A DNA stretch of 64,000 nucleotides from an uncultured Gammaproteobacteria bacterium (GTDB lineage Bacteria; Patescibacteriota; Microgenomatia; 2-02-FULL-39-11): contig CAZJBV010000002.1 of the NCBI GenBank assembly GCA_964544585.1, positions 67,468 through 131,467 on the forward strand, written 5' to 3'. Both the position numbers and the translations under genes were made by a program. The notes beneath the pieces are model-generated. The model ran no database searches, was not told where the DNA came from, and saw only the letters and a list, made by a program, of their open reading frames with translations. Shown here one piece after another: positions 30,019-40,469 of the stretch (position 1 is the stretch's first letter; every line of letters begins with the position of its first letter).

Positions 30019-31432
30019 TATTATTCCACTTCTAGTAATTCTTTATGCCTTTATCATCTTTCTTCCCGGCTTTTCTCTGTTTTTTCATCAGGATGATTTT
30101 ATACATCTAGCAGTGAGCCAGCACCTCTCTCAAATAATAAACGCCTTTAATTTATTTTCCCAAGGCGAATTTGCCTTTTATCGCCCGCTCCCCACCCAAG
30201 TCTATTACTATTTAGGAAAATTAGTCTTTGGCCTTAATCCTTTCGGCTACCATAGCATCAATTTTCTTATCTTTTCCGCAAACATAATTTTAGTTTTTAT
30301 CCTAGGAATTCAACTTATAGGAAAAAAAATAATAGGCGCCCTCGCCTCAGTTTTCTATGGTATTAATAGCACTCACGTTGCTCCTCTATTTGCCGCGGCC
30401 TATGTTCATGAACTACTTTATACTTTTTTTGGTTTAGTTTGCATTTTAGCTTATATTAAAAAACGATATCTTTTATCCCTCATCGTTTTTATCCTTGCCC
30501 TCATGACAAAAGAAAATGCCCTCGCTCTTCCTGGTATCTTGGCTCTTTATGAAATAATTTTTAAAAAAAATTCAATTCCCAAAACAATAAGAATCATCAT
30601 TCCTTATGCTCTAATCCTTAGTATTTATCTTTTTGGTCATTTCTTCTTCTATGGAATTGCCCAAAGTTCTTCTTATCAAGTGATTATAGGTAAACCGACC
30701 CTCAACATTTTAATTTGGTATTTCCTCTGGGCGCTCTCGACCCCGAATATTTTAATTGATTTTCTGGGGTCAAAATTCGTTTTAAATCCAGTTTTTTTTG
30801 CCGTTTCCGGCTTCCATGGTTATACATATCTTATTTCCTTTTCTCTTTTTTTACTCTTCCTTTTAGTCTTTAGTTTTATATTTTTCAAAACAGATAATCT
30901 TTTGAAAAGATACATACTTTTTGCCTCCCTTTGGTTTATAGTTGGACTTATTCCACTTCTTCCATTTCCCCTTCATAAACTTGGTACCGAGCAAGCATTT
31001 TCTCTAGTCGGATTGTCATTGGGTCTAGCCACAATTTTATCTTTTATATGGCAAAAAAAGTGGGGCAGACCTTTTGTCGGTCTATCTCTCTTTTTCTTTT
31101 TACTAATTTCTACAAATTCAATTATTCTCGCAAGAAAAACTCATTGGATCGTCAAAAGCAGCAGGGAGGGAGAGAAAGTAATTAATTATTTCCGGCAAAG
31201 GTATAACCAAATACCAAAAGATTCTATTATATATTTTGAAAACGGTGAAATTGTTATCCCCGAATATGGTTCTTCAAAACAATTATATTATTCTTTGGGT
31301 GGGGGAGAAGCATTGCGAATTTTCTTAGAAAAGCCAGAACTACAAATCTATTTTGAGGATATAAACCCTCCCCCCAAAAATACTGACCCAAATAAAATTA
31401 TTCCCATAGATTCTTCCCAATTTATAAATTAA
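29993..31432 (+). CDS. GT-C-like membrane protein, paralog family with the 'F(H/Q)QDDF ... YRP' first-loop motif
   Basis: Multi-TM ORF with 'FFHQDDF' and 'FYRPLP'. Paralogous to 31437..32789 and 42978..44282. Confidence 0.55.
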   Translation: MKKYFSLINIIPLLVILYAFIIFLPGFSLFFHQDDFIHLAVSQHLSQIINAFNLFSQGEFAFYRPLPTQVYYYLGKLVFGLNPFGYHSINFLIFSANIILVFILGIQLIGKKIIGALASVFYGINSTHVAPLFAAAYVHELLYTFFGLVCILAYIKKRYLLSLIVFILALMTKENALALPGILALYEIIFKKNSIPKTIRIIIPYALILSIYLFGHFFFYGIAQSSSYQVIIGKPTLNILIWYFLWALSTPNILIDFLGSKFVLNPVFFAVSGFHGYTYLISFSLFLLFLLVFSFIFFKTDNLLKRYILFASLWFIVGLIPLLPFPLHKLGTEQAFSLVGLSLGLATILSFIWQKKWGRPFVGLSLFFFLLISTNSIILARKTHWIVKSSREGEKVINYFRQRYNQIPKDSIIYFENGEIVIPEYGSSKQLYYSLGGGEALRIFLEKPELQIYFEDINPPPKNTDPNKIIPIDSSQFIN

Positions 31433-31436
31433 GTCA

Positions 31437-32789
31437 ATGAAAAGATTATTATTATTACTCATCTTAATATTAAATTTTTTTCTTTTTCGCAATTCCTTTC
31501 AGACTTACTTCTTCCAAGATGATTTTTTTATGTTGTCAGAAACAAATACAAATAATCTTCAGGATGTCATTTCTTTTTTTGTCCCACGGTCAGATGTCCA
31601 ATTTTATCGACCACTTTCACACGAACTCTTTTATTTTTCAGCAAGATTCCTCTTCGGTTGGAATCCAATACTTTTTCATTTAGCTATTTACACGGTCTTT
31701 ATAGGAGTAATCTTTCTATTCTATAAATTAAGCAGATACTTCCTCACTGCTGAGTCAATCAGGCTCTTTGCCACTTTTCTTTTTGCTACTTCGGCCATCC
31801 ATTACAATAGTCTCAACTGGGTTGTAAATTTCTCCTATATCCTCGTTGCCTTTTTCTATTTTCTGGGATTTTTATTGTTTCTTAAAAAAGCGCCAGCTTT
31901 TCAAGTAGTTCTAATTTATATAGCCGGTCTACTTTCAAATGAGTTTATGATCACATTTCCAGTTGTCTTGGCAATATATACTCTTCTATTTAAACCGAAA
32001 ATTAAACAAACAAAATCACTTTTTATAACCCTTGTAATTATAACGGCTCTATATTTATTTTTTCGCTTTTTCCTCTTTTCTCCACAAATAGGCAGTTACA
32101 AATATTCTTTCGGAAAAGAAATCCTCTCATCTTATCGGTTCTTTTTCCTCTTCTTTCTTAATTTCCCCGAAACCATCAAAGACCAAATGCTCTCATTAGT
32201 CAAAATCAAGAATGAATTTATTCAATCTTTTAAATGGGAAATAATTATATTTTTTACCAATGCTATAGTAATTATTTTTCTTTTCATTATTTCTATAATT
32301 AAAGCCCAAAGAAAATTGATAAAGACACATCTTTTTCTGTTTTCCTGGTTTATCTTTACACTTCTACCTATCGTCGGTATACCGCATCATACTTCCCCAC
32401 ACCAAGGGACTATCGCTTTTGCCGGTTTTCTCATTTTTATCTTATTACCTCTTGATTCAATTTGGCCTAAATATTATAAAATTGGCGCCATAACTATATT
32501 TATATCTGGAATAATATGGGTCTATTCTTCCTTTTTAAATATTGATCTCAATGATCGAATCCACTGGATAAAAAGAAGAAGCGATATCGTCAAAGACTGG
32601 ATTTCCAAGATAGACAAAGAAAGAAATGCCATAACTGACAATTCAATTTTGATAATAGGCGACTACGACAAAGAAACTAAAGTAGCCTTAAAAAATGGGG
32701 AAGGTATAAGAGAGTATGTTCAATTACCTAATATTAAGGTAGAATTTTCTTCTAACCCTGTATATAAAGGAAAATTAATTGTAAAATGA
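31437..32789 (+). CDS. GT-C-like membrane protein (paralog of 29993..31432)
   Basis: 'YFFQDDFF' and 'FYRPLSHE'; multi-TM. Confidence 0.55.
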   Translation: MKRLLLLLILILNFFLFRNSFQTYFFQDDFFMLSETNTNNLQDVISFFVPRSDVQFYRPLSHELFYFSARFLFGWNPILFHLAIYTVFIGVIFLFYKLSRYFLTAESIRLFATFLFATSAIHYNSLNWVVNFSYILVAFFYFLGFLLFLKKAPAFQVVLIYIAGLLSNEFMITFPVVLAIYTLLFKPKIKQTKSLFITLVIITALYLFFRFFLFSPQIGSYKYSFGKEILSSYRFFFLFFLNFPETIKDQMLSLVKIKNEFIQSFKWEIIIFFTNAIVIIFLFIISIIKAQRKLIKTHLFLFSWFIFTLLPIVGIPHHTSPHQGTIAFAGFLIFILLPLDSIWPKYYKIGAITIFISGIIWVYSSFLNIDLNDRIHWIKRRSDIVKDWISKIDKERNAITDNSILIIGDYDKETKVALKNGEGIREYVQLPNIKVEFSSNPVYKGKLIVK

Positions 32790-33508
32790 AGATTTCAATC
32801 ATCATTCCCGTTTATAATGAAGTAAAGACAATTATCCCAGTCTTAAAAAAAGTTATTGATGTTAGCCTTCCTTATTCTACCAAGAAGGAAATTATCATAG
32901 TCGATGATGGATCAACAGACGGTACCGCAGAAAAAATAAGAAATTACGGACAAAAAAATGCTTCCCTAAAAATCATTTTCCATAATAAAAATTTGGGAAA
33001 AGGAAGAGCAATAAAGACTGGCTTAAACAAAAGTACCGGTGACTATATTCTGATTCAAGATGCAGATTTAGAATATAATCCTGAGGAAATACCTCTTCTC
33101 ATCGAAACACTAATTAGGACGAAAAAAAAGAAAAACTATAATATAGCAGTATACGGATCTCGATTTATAAACAAGAACTTTCACATACCTTTTATTTACT
33201 TCTGGGGAAATAAATTCTTAACAATATTGATAAATTTACTCTACGGCGTAAATCTCACAGATATGGAAACTGGATATAAGTTGTTACCACTTCCTATTTT
33301 GAAAAATACGAATATTTCTTCTGCGCACTTCGATTTCGAACCAGAAGTAACCGCCAAATTAGTAAAAAGCAGAGTAAAAATTATCGAAGTACCAATTTCT
33401 TATAAAGGGCGATCACATTTTGCCGGAAAGAAGTTAACTCCCGCTGATGCATTCGAGGCAATCAAAGCTATTATTCGCTACCGTTTTTTTGACCATTCAT
33501 ATAAGTAA
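32786..33508 (+). CDS. GT2 polyprenyl-phosphate glycosyltransferase (DPM1/GtrB-like)
   Basis: 'ISIIIPVYNE', 'IIIVDDGSTDGT' and 'ILIQDADLEY'. Confidence 0.85.
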   Translation: MKISIIIPVYNEVKTIIPVLKKVIDVSLPYSTKKEIIIVDDGSTDGTAEKIRNYGQKNASLKIIFHNKNLGKGRAIKTGLNKSTGDYILIQDADLEYNPEEIPLLIETLIRTKKKKNYNIAVYGSRFINKNFHIPFIYFWGNKFLTILINLLYGVNLTDMETGYKLLPLPILKNTNISSAHFDFEPEVTAKLVKSRVKIIEVPISYKGRSHFAGKKLTPADAFEAIKAIIRYRFFDHSYK

Positions 33509-34994
33509 ACCAGTATGGTTTGCCTTTATTTGAATAATAACTTATGTCAGATAAAAGCGGGAAAGACTGGTTGAAATATTCATTCAGGACAATTCGAAAA
33601 GTGTTGACTGGACTAACAGTCTGGTACAATAAATCCTCTTCTATCCCGGGTAAATAATAAGCATTTAAAATTTGCATCTTCTCCAATCTTTCTTTGTCTG
33701 TTGCCGTAGACCAATCGAACTTTTGTGTACTCTTTTCATACCGTATTGGATACGGACCTTCATCTGCTTGAATGATAATAATTGGCTGGTACCCCGATGT
33801 TTCCGCAAGAATAACATCAATAATTTTTAATATTTGATCATTTGTATACTTTAATTGATTTATATAATTAATCTTTTCATTCCTGAATTCTATCTCCTTT
33901 TCTGGCAAATAATTTCCATCCGCATCAAACACATATGGCGGATGGGGAAGAAGAAAATGCCCAAATACAAAGTTCGGATTAGCATCTTCCGGAATTAATC
34001 TCAATTCATTAAACTGATATACGATCCGCTTCCAATTATTAAATCTATTATTAAAAATGGGTATTTCCAGCCGACTTGCAATTGGAAAAAGAATTGATCG
34101 ATTAAATATTGATTCAGAAAACTCAGACAGAGAAAGTATATTGATATTCCGATCAGCATAGCGATTGAGAGACGTCGGAGCCCACCACGATCCAAGATGG
34201 ATATATGAATAACCTTGAGTCTTTAAAAACCTCACCACAGAATTATTTTCCATATATTCATGTAATGGTTGGAGAGATCCGGACTCGCTGCCTATTTTTT
34301 GAATTAAGTCATCAAGATATACAAGGTTTAACGACGAAGAAAGTGACAGTTCGGTAGATATATAATTGGCTCGGCTTTGATTTGCTACATAAAAACCCCT
34401 TTTCTTAAGCTCATCCAAAAATGGAAAATTGTCATAATTATAAACTTCTTCCAGAGTATCTACCCCAGCATACCGATCAAAAATAAGATAATATATATCT
34501 GGTTTGGAAGATTTAACCACATCTTTAAAATCATGTGTTACCCTATAATCAATACCTGTTTGGCTTAAATAAGATATCTGAAATTTGACAATATCTGTTA
34601 TTGGAAAAATTATAAGAGCAATGGCTATTACATTTACAATAGGCACTATATTCACCAAATTGTTCTTGCTTTTTTTAAGTACATAACCCAAAATTATGCC
34701 AATAAAAATAAAAATAAACAAAAAAAAGTCATTAGTTTCCAAAAAATCAATTATATTCTTATAACTCAGTCCAAAATAAATTATATAAGAAGTAAGAAAT
34801 GAGGCCTTAATCAAATTCTTAAACAATCTATTTAAAAGAAAAAATGTTAAGCCACAAATTAACAAAATCACTAGAATCGGGACGAGAAGCACTGTATATT
34901 GTAACGCCTTTATGTTTCCGGAAAATGTATAAAGTACCGGATAAATACTAAAAATAAACGGATGAATTAGAGGAGAATAAAAAATCTGCTTCAT
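33471..34994 (-). CDS. membrane-anchored sulfatase/alkaline-phosphatase superfamily transferase (LTA synthase / phosphoglycerol-transferase-like)
   Basis: N-terminal TM helices plus a soluble domain with 'YYLIFDRYAG' and 'GHFLLPHPPY', typical of the LtaS/MdoB/EptA family. Confidence 0.65.
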   Translation of the reverse strand: MKQIFYSPLIHPFIFSIYPVLYTFSGNIKALQYTVLLVPILVILLICGLTFFLLNRLFKNLIKASFLTSYIIYFGLSYKNIIDFLETNDFFLFIFIFIGIILGYVLKKSKNNLVNIVPIVNVIAIALIIFPITDIVKFQISYLSQTGIDYRVTHDFKDVVKSSKPDIYYLIFDRYAGVDTLEEVYNYDNFPFLDELKKRGFYVANQSRANYISTELSLSSSLNLVYLDDLIQKIGSESGSLQPLHEYMENNSVVRFLKTQGYSYIHLGSWWAPTSLNRYADRNINILSLSEFSESIFNRSILFPIASRLEIPIFNNRFNNWKRIVYQFNELRLIPEDANPNFVFGHFLLPHPPYVFDADGNYLPEKEIEFRNEKINYINQLKYTNDQILKIIDVILAETSGYQPIIIIQADEGPYPIRYEKSTQKFDWSTATDKERLEKMQILNAYYLPGIEEDLLYQTVSPVNTFRIVLNEYFNQSFPLLSDISYYSNKGKPYWFTYMNGQKNGSE

Positions 34995-36394
34995 TTTCTC
35001 TGCATAAGATAAAGAGTACGTTTACTGTCTGGAATAAATTCTTTGTTAAGTATTTTGAAATTCTTTTCAAATTCATTTTCGAAAAATTCTTCACTATACT
35101 TGGTAAAAATGTCTTCTCGACTAGATAAGATTCTCTGAGTTTGAGAGTCTGATTTAGGTACAAACTCAATAATTAAATAATTTGCAATTGACTGAAAATA
35201 AGAGGCAATTAGATCAAAAGGAATATTATGTCCTATCGCTAAATGATGTATCAAAGCCAAGGCCATAATGCAGTCCACCGGCCCTCTCTCAAACAAACTT
35301 TCTCTTTCCTCACTAGCCCATCCAATTCCCGGCGATGGATTGGTAAAATCAACTCTTAAAGGAAGGATATTTTCTAAATTTTGATCTCTTACTTTCCTGT
35401 ATAATCTTTCCACTGCTCCATAATCAAAATCCATCGCCACTGTGTCTATACCATTTTTGGCGCTTATATTACTAAATTCACCCGTATTCGCTCCCAGATC
35501 CCATACAGATTTTGCCCCCGTTTTCCCTAAAAAGGAAGCTACAATTTTTCGCTTTCCCTCCATAGCCGTCGGAGTATAATTTGTTTCCTGATAATAATTA
35601 CTCCAGACTGTCTTTTTTTCCGGCAGTCGAAGATTTCTTATTGCCGACTCCAGACTATCTATAATCCCCAAAAGCCCATGTTTAGAAAGCTTGGCCGATT
35701 TTTCTTCTATGTATTTTCTGGGTGAAATTTTTTGTGACCGCGCATGAAAATAAATATGCAAAAGAAGCGGCATCGACAGCCTTGCTTTCAGAGGTAAAAG
35801 TTTAACTGCCAAGTCGAGTGGTATTCCCTCCAAAAAGACCCGGAGGTAAGACAGCAATCTATCATCTAAATAAGCTGCCAGGCAAAGGGGAGCCAGAAAC
35901 ATTTCACAAAATTGTCTATAGGCAATCCAAGGTTTACCTTCTTCATATTTTTCAAATGATAAAGTATCAATCAGTATTGGATCACCTTTATAAAACTGGA
36001 TGTTATAAGGCGTCGCATCCTTTAAGATCATATCGTGAATCAAGGCTTTTTTTTGGATAGATAGAGTCAATATAGCCGCATCTTTTAACTGTGAGAAACA
36101 CCACTCATATGGATACGAAACAAAAGACAGCTGCACTGGTTCAATCACTTTGTATATTTCAAAGCTGAATTTTTCCTTAAAAATGGGAGTCACGTCGCGA
36201 TGAGAAATTAACATCCCATTTTTTGTTAAATCATCATATAAACCAGAAGAAAATACTGTATCAAAATGATGCTTATAGATTGGAGAAATAGTCCTATATA
36301 TCTTCCCATTATCGCGAAAAAGAAATCCGCTTGGATCTCTAAAAGACGAGGAAATAGGGGAAAGCTTATTTCCTAAAGATTTTCCTAATCGCAT
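34991..36394 (-). CDS. SAM-dependent methyltransferase (two-domain)
   Basis: C-terminal 'VWDLGANTGEFS', 'DFDYGAVE' and 'VDCIMALALIHHL' form a class I MTase fold. The start is set at M20 (36394); the ORF extends to 36451. Confidence 0.65.
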   Translation of the reverse strand: MRLGKSLGNKLSPISSSFRDPSGFLFRDNGKIYRTISPIYKHHFDTVFSSGLYDDLTKNGMLISHRDVTPIFKEKFSFEIYKVIEPVQLSFVSYPYEWCFSQLKDAAILTLSIQKKALIHDMILKDATPYNIQFYKGDPILIDTLSFEKYEEGKPWIAYRQFCEMFLAPLCLAAYLDDRLLSYLRVFLEGIPLDLAVKLLPLKARLSMPLLLHIYFHARSQKISPRKYIEEKSAKLSKHGLLGIIDSLESAIRNLRLPEKKTVWSNYYQETNYTPTAMEGKRKIVASFLGKTGAKSVWDLGANTGEFSNISAKNGIDTVAMDFDYGAVERLYRKVRDQNLENILPLRVDFTNPSPGIGWASEERESLFERGPVDCIMALALIHHLAIGHNIPFDLIASYFQSIANYLIIEFVPKSDSQTQRILSSREDIFTKYSEEFFENEFEKNFKILNKEFIPDSKRTLYLMQRK

Positions 36395-36554
36395 TTGAAA
36401 TTTGTTTCCAAAACATTTTAACTCCGACACTAATTCCCAAAAAACCAGCAATCAAAATCTGGAAAATATAACTACCACTCCCCGGATCTATATAAGCATG
36501 AGATGGAGTCGGAAACAGGAGCGCCACTATAATCAAAATAAAAGCAAGCCTCAT
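36366..36554 (-). CDS. possible small membrane protein (62 aa)
   Basis: ORF lying in the gap between two minus-strand genes, with a hydrophobic N-terminus and a second TM segment. Overlaps the N-terminal extension of the methyltransferase ORF. Confidence 0.25.
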   Translation of the reverse strand: MRLAFILIIVALLFPTPSHAYIDPGSGSYIFQILIAGFLGISVGVKMFWKQISNAIRKIFRK

Positions 36555-36580
36555 ACAAAATAAAAGACCACTTTATAATA

Positions 36581-38143
36581 TCATGGGAAAATATAAACTT
36601 CAATTGCGCCAAAAGTCTTTTTCTGCTGTTTTTTAAGCGTGTTTCTGAATTCTTCATATCTCCTTGGTTGAATACCTACGATTTCCGGTGTAAGAATAGT
36701 AATTGTTTTAACTTGTTTCTCCCTTGAGTTAACATTGTAGTACTCTAAAAGATACTGGTCCATATAGCTTTTAACTGGCTCTTTCCCAAAATAAGTAAAA
36801 AGATAGCGATATCCTCCCGAATACCAGCATGTTTGAAATGAGGCAAGATCAAAATTTTCTTTTCCGACAGTCTTTAGAGCATATTTTACGGCTTCTTCTT
36901 TATAAGAAAGACCATAGGAATTAACTGTCCCCAAAAGTTCGCTCGTATTTAAATATGAAAAAAGTATTAATAGGAAAACAATCCCGTATCGAAAAAGTGG
37001 TTTCTTTAAAGTCGAAATAATTGTTGCCAATACAATAAAAAAATAAGCAAACAAAAATAAATAATAATACTCAGCCATTTCACCTTGTAATACATATGTG
37101 TAGATAACGGACCCGACAGTTACAATTACAAAGAAAATAAAAATAGTTTTTTGTATGAAAAGAGAATTTGAATTATCAGGCCATTTTCTCAAAACTTTAT
37201 ACCCAAAAAATATTAGACTCATAACGACAAAAATACTCAAAATAAACGGAACTCTTTCCTGTTTAAATTTCAAATATTGTGGGCAATTAGCATATTCTAT
37301 AGCCACATTTTTTGATCGGCTCGGTAAAAGTGTTCGGGCTAGGGTACTCGATAGCAGATTATGTGTTAAATAAACTTCCCGTATCCCCGTAAGTGGAACA
37401 TTTTCTTTTATTCTTTCTGGCCCAGAAGAGATAAAATAATTTACTAGATATTTTGAATTAATAAAATTATGTCTCAAATCAAAAATTAAAAGGCTGGACT
37501 GACTTACTAAAAAAATCAAAACGCCTATCACGATATATTTTTTTGGGATAGTTACTTTAAAGAGTAGAATTACTAAAATTGAAAAGGGAATAAAAAGTAT
37601 AATAGCCACCTCAAATTGAGAACAGGCAATAAGAGTCGCTACCAAAACCCAAAAGTATTTTTTTCGCCCTTCTTTAAGTTTGAGAAGACTGTAAAGGACA
37701 AGTAGTGCCAGAAAAGAATGAAAACTTACCTGCCAACCGCGTCTGTCATAAAGAATTGTCAAATACGAAAATACATATAAAAATAGAGCAACAAATCCTG
37801 CTTTTTTTGAAATATATGAACCGATCTTAAATATTAAAATCATCGACGCCACACTTGTCACCACACTCACATACCCCCAAACGACAGGATGAGGACCAAA
37901 TAAAAAATAAAAAGGAGCAATCAAATAATAGAGAAGTGGTCCCAGCCGAAAACCTATTGAAGAGGGATGTCCGACGGTTGGAAAATGTGCAGCATCTGCG
38001 ATACCCTTTATAATATATGCTGCCTTTTCTTCATCAATTGCAAAGTAGAAGAGGTTATGGTAATTCCATAATCGAAGGAAGAGTCCAATGAATATAAGAA
38101 GAATCACTAACCAAAAACTTCGTCTACTGAACAATCTTTTCAT
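36581..38143 (-). CDS. GT-C glycosyltransferase (ArnT/PMT-like)
   Basis: 'DEEKAAYIIKGI' first-loop motif; paralogous to 25437..26894. Confidence 0.65.
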   Translation of the reverse strand: MKRLFSRRSFWLVILLIFIGLFLRLWNYHNLFYFAIDEEKAAYIIKGIADAAHFPTVGHPSSIGFRLGPLLYYLIAPFYFLFGPHPVVWGYVSVVTSVASMILIFKIGSYISKKAGFVALFLYVFSYLTILYDRRGWQVSFHSFLALLVLYSLLKLKEGRKKYFWVLVATLIACSQFEVAIILFIPFSILVILLFKVTIPKKYIVIGVLIFLVSQSSLLIFDLRHNFINSKYLVNYFISSGPERIKENVPLTGIREVYLTHNLLSSTLARTLLPSRSKNVAIEYANCPQYLKFKQERVPFILSIFVVMSLIFFGYKVLRKWPDNSNSLFIQKTIFIFFVIVTVGSVIYTYVLQGEMAEYYYLFLFAYFFIVLATIISTLKKPLFRYGIVFLLILFSYLNTSELLGTVNSYGLSYKEEAVKYALKTVGKENFDLASFQTCWYSGGYRYLFTYFGKEPVKSYMDQYLLEYYNVNSREKQVKTITILTPEIVGIQPRRYEEFRNTLKKQQKKTFGAIEVYIFP

Positions 38144-39605
38144 AAAAGATATCCCAATTATACTTCTTTTTCTGACAATTGTTGCCTCTCTTTACGCCTT
38201 CATGTCAGTCCATATCCACAACAAATTCATGACCTTTGCTCTGGATCTGGGGACATTTGACGAGTCAATTTGGAAAATAAGCGCCTTTCGTTTTCCTTAT
38301 AGCAGTTCTGGTTGTAACTGGCTGATTGAGGATCATTTCCAACTCATCTTTTATCTTCTTGCCCCTCTTTTCTGGATCTGGGACAATGTCAGAATTCTTC
38401 TTATAGCTCAGAGCTTTGCCATGGTCGCGGCCAGCTTTCCCCTTTATATACTCTCTAAAAAAATTACTGGCAATAAAATTTTTTCTTTTGGGATAGTCTT
38501 TTCCTATCTTTTTTTTATCGGCACCCAGTTTGCCATCCTCAACGAATTTCACCAGATAACTTTTGCTCCCGTATTTATTGCTACGCTCTTTTTAGCTCTC
38601 GAAAACAAAAACTGGAAATGGTATCTCTATTCACTATTCTTTCTTTTTATTATCAAAGAGGATGTCTCTTTACTCATTGGCGGCATCGGGCTCGGACTGC
38701 TATTTCGTAAGGGATATAGAAAACTTGGCCTAGCAACCGCAATTATCGGTATCAGTTTTTTCTTCTTTCTTGTTTATATCTTTATGCCTTTTATAGCAAT
38801 AAAAGGAGTCTATGGGCATTTTCATTTTGGTGCTGCAGGAAAAAATCCCGAAGAAGTTATCAAAAATATTATCATCAGGCCTGATTTCTTTTTAAAATCA
38901 ATGATTTATCCCGACGCAAAAATAAGGACTTGGTTTATCTCCTTTTTTACATACGGATTTCAGCCAATATTTGCACCGGTTTTCATACTAATTCCTCTCC
39001 TTGAGGATTTCGCAACTCGATTTATATATGCAGGTCCCCAATATACAAAATGGGGACTAGTCAACCATCACGCCGCAACATCCGCCATTTTGCTTGCCAT
39101 AACTTCAATCTATGCAGTAAAAAAAATAACCACCAGATTTAGTCTCATTGGAGTAATTCTTATTACCACAACTATAGTCTCAGACATTGTTTTTCACGGA
39201 CCAATCAACTCACTATTAAAAACTCAATTTTATCAAAAAGAGCAATGGATGTTGGATAACGAGGAAGTTTTAAAAAGAATACCAAAAGATCCAAATATAT
39301 CTGTTACTGCTCAAAACAATCTTGTTCCTCATATTACTCACAGAGAAAGTGCATATAGAATTCCCTATGGATTGAATAGTCAATATATGTTTTTCGATCT
39401 TCACGATGGCCCGAATAAATATTCTCCTTTAAATCACAAACAAACGACTGAATTCGTAGATGAACTCCTAAAAACTAAGCGCTATTGGCTCGTCTACCAA
39501 AAAGGCAAAGCCATGCTTCTAAAGAGAAACTACAAAACAGACATCACCAAAAGCCCATACTACAACGACACTCGCTATTGCTATTATTCGTACGAAGAAA
39601 GATGA
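38088..39605 (+). CDS. DUF2079-like polytopic membrane protein
   Basis: A TM helix followed by 'FALDLGTFDESIW', as in the DUF2079 family. Its 5' end overlaps the divergent gene 36581..38143 by 56 bp. Confidence 0.5.
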   Translation: MNIRRITNQKLRLLNNLFIKDIPIILLFLTIVASLYAFMSVHIHNKFMTFALDLGTFDESIWKISAFRFPYSSSGCNWLIEDHFQLIFYLLAPLFWIWDNVRILLIAQSFAMVAASFPLYILSKKITGNKIFSFGIVFSYLFFIGTQFAILNEFHQITFAPVFIATLFLALENKNWKWYLYSLFFLFIIKEDVSLLIGGIGLGLLFRKGYRKLGLATAIIGISFFFFLVYIFMPFIAIKGVYGHFHFGAAGKNPEEVIKNIIIRPDFFLKSMIYPDAKIRTWFISFFTYGFQPIFAPVFILIPLLEDFATRFIYAGPQYTKWGLVNHHAATSAILLAITSIYAVKKITTRFSLIGVILITTTIVSDIVFHGPINSLLKTQFYQKEQWMLDNEEVLKRIPKDPNISVTAQNNLVPHITHRESAYRIPYGLNSQYMFFDLHDGPNKYSPLNHKQTTEFVDELLKTKRYWLVYQKGKAMLLKRNYKTDITKSPYYNDTRYCYYSYEER

Positions 39606-40469
39606 ATGTATAGTACAATGGCTTCAATGATCTCTATTATTATTCCTGTCTATAATGAAGAAAAAAACATCATAGACTGCCTCAATTCTCTGTCTAGACA
39701 GTCATATCAAGATTTTGAAATAATCGTCGTTGACGACGGTTCATCCGATAAAACACAGGAAGTGTTATCAAACTACAAACTACCAACTACCAACTATCAA
39801 CTACTCAAACAGCCCCATCTCGGTCCAGGCAAAGCGCGCAATCTTGGTGTTTCGAAGGCAAAAGGCGATATTTTAGTCTTTGTCGATGCTGATATGACCT
39901 TCGACAAGGATTTTATCAAAAACTTGATTGCACCAATTGAAAAGGGGCAAACAAAAGGTACATTTACCCGCCTTGAATATGTTTCAAATTGGGCCAATCC
40001 CGTGGCTCGAGCATGGAATTATAATCAAGGGAGAAGTGACCGGCAAAGAGTAGCCTTAAATGATCCATTCGAGGGTTCAGTATTTAGAGCCATTCTCAAA
40101 AGTGAGTTTGATAGTGTGGGCGGCTTCGAACAAAAAATAGGCTACACCGACGACTGGTCTCTTTCCCGAAAATTACGGTATAGAGCTACATCTGCCCCAA
40201 ACGCAATTTGTTATCATAAAAACCCCGAAACGCTTAAAGAAGTATTTCTCCAAGCAAGATGGATAGGAAAAAATGAGTTTATCACCGGTTCTTTTCTAAG
40301 AAAACTGTTCAACCTATTTCGTTATAATCCCATAATCCAAATTCCCAGAAGCATTCTCTATACTCTCAAATATAAGGAATTATCAATCATACCAGTCTAT
40401 TGGGTTTATTCTCTAGCCATACAAACTAGCATATTGGGATCCTTTGTAAGGGAAAACAAATATAAATGA
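39606..40469 (+). CDS. GT2 glycosyltransferase
   Basis: 'ISIIIPVYNEE', 'IIVVDDGSSDKT' and 'VFVDADM'. Confidence 0.8.
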   Translation: MYSTMASMISIIIPVYNEEKNIIDCLNSLSRQSYQDFEIIVVDDGSSDKTQEVLSNYKLPTTNYQLLKQPHLGPGKARNLGVSKAKGDILVFVDADMTFDKDFIKNLIAPIEKGQTKGTFTRLEYVSNWANPVARAWNYNQGRSDRQRVALNDPFEGSVFRAILKSEFDSVGGFEQKIGYTDDWSLSRKLRYRATSAPNAICYHKNPETLKEVFLQARWIGKNEFITGSFLRKLFNLFRYNPIIQIPRSILYTLKYKELSIIPVYWVYSLAIQTSILGSFVRENKYK

